A DNA stretch of 64,000 nucleotides from Ptychomitrium polyphyllum (Eukaryota), in NCBI GenBank assembly GCA_973851085.1, contig OZ316776.1:1488001-1552000 (forward strand), given 5' to 3'. The position numbers and the translations under genes are program-made. Below, in pieces: positions 51,980-64,000 of the stretch; position 1 is the stretch's first letter; each line of letters starts with the position of its first letter. The notes under the pieces are model-generated. The model searched no databases and had not been told where the DNA came from. It saw nothing but the letters and a program-made list of their open reading frames with translations.

Positions 51980-54894
51980 ATGTCAGACGCTCCAGGTGAA
52001 GGTGAGGGCCAGTTTGAGGTGGATCAAAATGGTGTTGTTGAACAATCCGAGTGGCAGCAGTTCGGGATTTCGAGCGACGTGCATCCCGGCAATCAATCAG
52101 GGTTTGTTACACTCAGAGATACGAGTAGCATTCCTGGGGTTTCGATGTACGCGCGCCAGTGGTATCCTTCGATATACTTCACACACGCGGAGCTCGTCAC
52201 TAATAAGGACATCTTTTTCGAAGCTCTCGATAAGTTCCACAATGTTCTTGGGACGCGGCTCACGTATGTTTTCTCCTGCACCTTGATTTTCCCGCGCTTG
52301 CATTCCTGTTTACCCCAGGCGTCTGCACTCTTGAAGTTCAAGATTGGAACACTTGCTTTAAACTGATGGTTTATACTCATGTTGATACTCGAAATCTTTT
52401 CGATGGTACAGGAAGAAGGGAAGAAAGGGCAAAGAGAGGGCCGCTGAGGTGAAGACCTTTCAAGAAAGCATTGCTGGGTATGTTTTTCTCACAGTACCTT
52501 TTGTTCTGGTTGTTAAGTGCAGTGAAGCAAGCATGTGGGATATCGGAAATCAATCCTGTGACATTTTTCCCAAGGTTTGATAATATCACCCTTGGGCCAG
52601 AATATTTATCGCATGATAAATCTGGTTTTATCCCTCTGTACCTTGTGCATGCTTGTTGACATTCTGTATATTACCTTGTATTTATTTTAACGATTGTACA
52701 TGTGGTCAGATTCCTCGCAAGAAATCTTATTGAGCTTGTTGATCGTCATTTGTTAAAATTGATGGTTGTACCGTACTTGATGACTTACACATAGCATCGC
52801 TTATTTGTTTTGTCTGTCAGTTTATTATCACTTACATTTGGACGCTGCCACCGTTGCTAACCTCGAGTCTCGCAGAATCCCATCTTTGGGAGGAGTTGCC
52901 ATAGATCTACACCTTCTTTACGTGGAAGTCATAAACCGAGGAGGTTTGGAGAAGGTATTGCACTGCTTCTTGGTGGTCAGATAACTCTTGAAAAACGCAC
53001 TTAGCGATTTATGGCCTACTCCAGAGAGTAGCCTGCAGTTTTTGATCTATCCTTTTTCATGCTGCTAGTCAGTGCCATGTCTTTTGCTCGACGCTTTAAT
53101 ATTTATTTGACGAGTTTCTGGAAAGGTGGATGGGCATGTTTCATTCCCACGTTGCGGAAGGGATGTGTGAGTTATACTCATGCGATATTCTTTTCTGTGT
53201 AAACTGTTACTATCGAAAGTTGCACCTGTAAGCTAACAGTGTTGTATTATTCAGGTACTTGCGGACAATGGTACATCTGTGGCATCGTCCTTGGGATTTA
53301 ACACTGACATTATAGATAATATGCCTGCTTACGTTCAAACTAAAATGTGAAAGTACTCGGTGAGAGACATAATAACAAAAAAGTATTGACTCTGACCATT
53401 GGAGCAGGTTATTAAGGACAGGAAGTGGAGAGAGGTGATAAACATTTTTGAATTCCCTGAAGCCATTACCAGTGGCTCATACATGCTCCGCAAATACTAT
53501 GTGGGGCTTCTTTACTACTTCGAACAAGCATACTTTTTTGGGAAGCAGGGCCCGTTGGTTCCACCTCCAAGTAATTATATCTTCATTTTGCTCTGGACCT
53601 TCTCCAAGTGACCTTCCGTTTACTTTTGTTTGCACAATACAAAACCTCCTGACATATTCAGAATGCTGGCATCGGTTGGCGTTTCATAATATGTCTCTTT
53701 TCTGAAATGAGGTAGCTGTGCAGTGTGGATGCCGGGCCCATCGAAGAAAAGCGTCTATCCAAACAGTAGGAATTATTCACTTCCAGATGGAGATACAGCT
53801 ACGAAGTCAATCAGGAAAAGGAAAATTCTGCCGATGCAAATCATGCCAGGTCTACCTAAAATCTTACACAGTGATTTTGCCCTAGAGGTTTCTTTAGAAG
53901 TTCTGTGCTGTTTAGTATTACCGCAACTGTCACAGTGCTTTTACAACGAATAGCATGCTATTGAGGAATCATAGTGGCGGTTCAGGTGTCAAACGTGAGT
54001 CTGATTTGAGAAATATTGTTTAATACTGCAAAATGCTTCAAATTTATCCCCGATTTGATATTACTGGCAGATATTATCCTCATTATCGTTCACCGGATCT
54101 GTTTTTTTGCAGTTGTAGATCCAGCTCTCATGATCGGTATGAAGGTGCAGGGTTCTATCAAAGGCAAGTTTGAACAAGGCTACTTAGTTACGGTCACTGT
54201 TGGTACCGAAGTGCTGCAAGGGGTTCTTTATCATGTGCCACCCATTCAAAGGACCCCACAACATGTCAATGTGCCAAACTATGGAAAGGCGTTTGGTGCA
54301 GAAATGACAATTCCTCGAGGAAATCCGAAGGCTGGTGGCTCCTGGCGCAAACGTCGACGTAGAGACGACACGCTGAAAAAGGACCCAAATGCACCACGGC
54401 CCAACAAAACTGGCTACAACTTCTTCTTTGCCGATCAATGTTCGAAATTCAAAGCCATGTATCCGGATGCAGACAAAGAGCTGGGCCGAATAATGGGCCA
54501 CGCTTGGAACAGTCTCACAGAGGAGGAGAAATTGGTGAGTGCCATGCAATCACGTTGTCACTGACAGGTAGTTGAAGTAATGATAAAGGATTATTTGGAT
54601 ATATGTCAATTTTTATGAGTCTAACTTTTTGGCACCGTAATGCTGCAGCCGTATCGAGAGCAGAGTATGAAGGACAAACTGAGATACACAAATGAGTTGC
54701 AGGTATATCGCGAAAGGTTGCAGTCTATGGAGGAAAGCGCACACTTAGAGCCAGCAACGATAAGCGTGCAGGAAAATGAGGCAGGAGAGGAGGAATCTGT
54801 CGTTGATGCCAATAACGGTCTGCAGGAGAGTGTCAAGATTTCTGCTATTAATGGTACATCTGATCCAGTCAGCAATAGAGATATCAACTACTAG
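51980..54894 (+). CDS. ARID-HMG box protein (HMGB9/10/15-like)
   Basis: Exons 51980-52263, 52876-52954, 53408-53570, 53724-53849, 54113-54534 and 54649-54894. ARID motif IPSLGGVAIDLHLLYVEVINRGGLEK|VIKDRKWREV, linker GKFEQGYLVTVTVG and HMG motif DPNAPRPNKTGYNFFFADQ. Confidence 0.92.
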
Positions 54895-56585
54895 CAGATT
54901 TCGTGACAATATTGCTTTCACACAAGCGGACGTTGTTTCCAGGCCCGTGCAGAACCAGTACGTGAACAGTTGAAAGAATGCTCATGTCGTTGGTAAGTAG
55001 CGAAGTATATCAATCTCAATTGACTTCAAAAATCAAAATCAGTGCAGAATAGTAGGCCCCTCAGTGCATTTCAATGAAGACGAAAGATCAGATAGAGAAG
55101 TAGCATGATGGAGCATGATGGAGCAACTCTCTCGCTTCTTTTACAATTTCATTTGACAAACTTGAGCTGATGATAGTAGTAGTAAGTCTGAGAGAGCTCT
55201 AGTCTCTTGCAAGCTGGATGGACTTTCTCGAAGCTTAAAGACTTCGCATGATCATAGACTTCTTGGGAACTACCTTATCCTTGAACCGGCCATCTCTTGT
55301 TGCTTGGAAGTAGGTTTTCTGATCACTATCTCCGGCATTCACAATCACATCAATCTGCACCAAATCCTTTGCAGAGAATCAGCTCTATGTGTAAAGAGAA
55401 TGACAGTGAAGCCTTACCCTCAAGAGTATGGGGAGTGGCAACTCGCCGTGCACTGTCAATCTGTTTCACCACTGCACTATCATGCATGCAAAGCAGCAAG
55501 GGAAGAGCTACCTTCTAGTTGGACAAGACCGAAACGCTCCTAGACATAGCCGACAGACCGATGTTCACACAACCTCGAATAAATCTTAGCCCAGATTCCT
55601 GAACCTCATAGCAGAGTCCAAAGCAGAATCATCAAAATGCCGGGTCATATCGCACGATTGCCAAAGAGAATGTTCGAGTGAGCCCGGATTGGATAAATCC
55701 CACATCGTTCTACAGATCAAAAAGAAAAAGGAGTGAAGTAACTGGAAAACAAGCGCTCTAAGTTCGCCGATGTCTACATACAGAGCCAACAACTGGCTGC
55801 CCTAAGCGACAGAACTCCAAACACTCACTATGCTGCAACGAACCCACAACCCTAGAAACACAAAACAAGAAACCCTAGTTAAAAGACGACCTTCGAAGCC
55901 ACTACAATGATGTCCTCACAGTGGTGTTTGCTTCACCACTTTGAAGTCTCTCTCTCCACACCCGCAACCACCCTTACTTGTCCTCCGTCCCAATTTCCTG
56001 TCACATCACTCGGCAAGATTCGTTGCAGAGGACTGTTCAATTGAGTTTGCATATGCATTTTTCGTTTGGTTGAATCTGCAGTAACAGGCCGTAGTGGAGC
56101 TCATGGCAGCAGTGGATTGGCGATGAGATACTCTGCTCAACTGGGAGTTAGGCGGGATGAATGAAGGCAGACAGTTGAAGAATCGTTTATTTTAATTTTA
56201 GGGTTCATTCATTGGAATCTGGAATTTATTCTTCATCGAGGGAGCGTGCCACTCAAAATTGGCAGAGAGAGAGAGGGTGCGTCAAGAGATCCACGGGTTG
56301 TGAGGAGTAGAGATGGTGGAGAACCAGATGGCAGGCTGCCAAATGAAACCAGAACTCGAGTCAAGCACGACTCAACCCGCCTAGGTAGGGCAACGTGACG
56401 CGACACTGAAGGCAACGCAGAAGACGCGGAGCAGTGCAACGCAAGGTGGCGATGACGAGAGTGTCACCTGTGCCGCCGTTGCTGTGAATTGGGTTTAGCT
56501 TGGGTGTGCTGCGTGGGAGGGCAGGAGAGGAGAGGAGCGGAGAGGAACGCTGTGCACAACTGGCGCCCGAATTGGCGACAGGGCG

Positions 56586-61459
<4,874 letters not shown>

Positions 61460-62411
61460 GGTTACGAATTTGGCATCGCGCATGAGGGCCTTCTGGAGGT
61501 CTTCTAGCGGTTCTCTTGCTTCATGATGGATGGAATACGCCTGTTTTGTTGGATCATTGTCAGCTAAATTCCAATCTTCGTGCTTCAATCTGATGCATCA
61601 ACTTGTAAATTTCGTCTCTTACACGTGAAAGTTGCGACATGCAGCTCCTGCCCTCTTGATCATTGCGTACAAAGTTGCTTGTGTCAGAAATGTTTCATGA
61701 ACACATGTTGCACAATACCTGTGGGCTCTTCATTTTGTTATAGGTTGGACATACTTAGGTTTCTTTCCTAGGTCCCTCCTGTACCTATGCCAAGCATTGA
61801 TCATTTTAGAGACTGGTATATAGTTTATAGATTGTCAGGACTGAAGTTAAAGAGATTCTCAGATATTTTAATACAATCCCCACGAAAAACAGCATCACTC
61901 CCAGTTGACTTCTTGCACTAAATGGGTACCCTCAACCCCTGGAGATTGATAGAGTTGCAGTGCGTTTCAACTTGCCCTCCACCGAACTGGCCTCGTACCT
62001 CACAGTAAAAGATTAAATTCACCCGATGCTTGCAATCTATGTGGACGATCTTTCGCGTACTGCACTTTTTTTGCAGCAGGCCCTTGAAAGCAGGCATCTT
62101 GAGGATAAGAAGCAAGGAGGATTAAAAAAACATGAGGATTAGCACGAAAAATCCCCAACACGCAGTGAGCTTCGTGTATTGACCGCTGTTATGATTCACC
62201 TAGTTGCCTCACCTGGGATGTCAAAGGTACAAGGAAATAATACCCGCCGCAAGTCGAGGCGATTGGGAACCGCAAAACATCCGTCTGGCGTTGACAGGTG
62301 GGGAGGCGCACAGACGAGAAGAGACTCCATCTTCTCGTCGCCTGTTGAGCAGCGTGAGCTCAATTGTAAGTTTGTAAGCCTCTGGGGAGTAAGAGCACGG
62401 GATTCTTAGCC

Positions 62412-64000
62412 ATGGCTGCGCTCAAAGCGCCGGAGCTGGAGCAATGCGTGTGGGAGACGGGAGTGGTACTCTGCCATGCTCGTGCAGTGGTGCCCAGGCC
62501 CAGGTACAGGTGGGTGCACGCAAGGGACGGAGGACGACGGGCTTGGCAGTGAAGGCGATTCGTGTGCCGGATCTGACTGGAGTGGAGAGTAGTAGCGTGG
62601 GCATTCCGGGGGTGGCGAAAGGTTGGAGCCCCAGCAGGTGGGCGACGTGGACAGCGTTGCAGCAGCCGTCTTACCCCAATCCGCACAAGGTGGCGGAGGT
62701 CGTGAATTAGATGGAGGGGTACCCTCCGCTCGTGTTCGCTGGGGAGGCGCGCAGCTTGGAGGACCGGTTGGGCGAGGCCGCGCTGGGGCGAGCGTTTTTG
62801 TTGCAGGCGGCGACTGTGCAGCGAGCTTCAAGGAGTTTCATGCAAACAACATTAGGGACACCTTCCGGGTGCTGTTTCAGATGGGCGTCGTTCTCATGTT
62901 TGGAGGGCAGTTGCTGGTTGTCAAGGTGTGAATTCAATCAGCCGTTTCTTTCCCTCAAGTTCTTTCTAAAATTTTCAAGAATCTTGGCAAACTTTCACTT
63001 CTGAGAGTTAAAATCCCCAAATTTGATTTTATAGGGTGCAGGAAACAGTTCAGTAATGGTTGAGTTCAGCAATTTGTGGATTTTGAGATAAGACAGGGTT
63101 TGGTTTGTGGATAGATCGGAAGCATGCAGAGGATCAAAGATTGGAATCTCGATTTCGCTTCTCCTAGTGAGCAAGGCGATAGGTAATTAGTATACTCATC
63201 CCTGTCTTTTCATATAGAAAGCTCATTGGCTGACTAGAGGGTTTGGTAAAGCAAGAATTTTTTTCATTTTTTGTTTCTTAAATTTTATGTATCCTGGTCA
63301 TGTTGTTCATCTTTTCTGGCCAGAATTTTATTTTTCCTTGTTTGCTGGGTTCAGGCACCGGGAGCTAACAAATCGGGTGGATGAAACACTAGGGCTGCCT
63401 GTGGATTGACCTTGGATCATCCAGTGATGACCACTACTGAATTCTGGACCTCACATGAATGTTTGCTCCTTCCGTATGAGCAAGCTATGACCCGGCAGGA
63501 CTCCAATTCAGGGCTTTGGTATGATTGCTCAGCACATTTCCTGTGGATGGGCGAGCGAACATGGCAGTAAGATGGTGCCCACATTGAGTTTGTTCGCGGG
63601 ATTGGAAATCATTTAGGATTGAAGGTAATGAGTTTTCTCTTTCACCTCGTTGTGTTTTCAAGCCTCTGGCTTTCAGTTTTTTTGATAGTGTAATCGGTTG
63701 GAGCTTTGGATTGCTTTGATTAGCTGGAGCTACTACTATCATTCTGGATTCACGGAAGATCCTTACAAGAAGTTCTATTGTATGGTTCTGTCTTTAACGG
63801 TTTGTTCTTCTATCGTAGGTAAGCGACAAGATGGATCCAGCAGAGTTAGTGAATCTTTGCGAGATCTTAAACCCACAAAATAAGCCAGGTCGTCTGACGG
63901 TCATTGTGCGAATGGAAGCTGAGAAACTGCGACGAAAACTCCCTGCTTTAGTTCAAGCTGTACGGCAAGCAGGTGTTATTGTAATATGGGTCAGTGACCC
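62412..64000 (+). pseudogene. Class II DAHP synthase (DHS), disrupted; runs off the window end
   Basis: ALQQPSYP...[53 protein letters not shown] and WVSDP. In-frame TAG at 62708-62710, frameshifts near 62807 and 63395, and a large internal deletion near 63121. Confidence 0.88.

Overview
This is eukaryotic land-plant nuclear DNA with GT-AG introns, telo-boxes and AT-rich intergenic tracts. The gene style and the Tcn1/Tf1-like gypsy element suggest a moss such as Physcomitrium patens (inference). Intact genes: 3' end of a Tic32-like SDR, a DUF1640/FMP32-like gene (-), a group-IX (FBH/AKS-like) bHLH, a twin-CX9C CHCHD2/Mix17-like protein, a PRP38B/SRL1-like splicing factor, a microbial-type SDR, a double-B3 protein (-), an ARID-HMG protein and MIRO. 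Other content: a degenerate Ty3/gypsy element next to a second LTR-like element, a plastid 23S rRNA insert (NUPT), a mutated tRNA-Val(CAC), a disrupted class II DAHP synthase and several decayed gene remnants. The most interesting signals are (1) a tail-to-tail pair of apparently paralogous ~103-aa single-TM, Cys-rich proteins of no family I recognise, (2) a B3 protein with a duplicated Cys-motif+B3 module and a chromodomain-like C-terminus, and (3) a 12-bp LTR/PBS complementarity indicating tRNA-independent self-priming. All homology calls are from recalled motifs, not database searches. Exon boundaries were read by eye.
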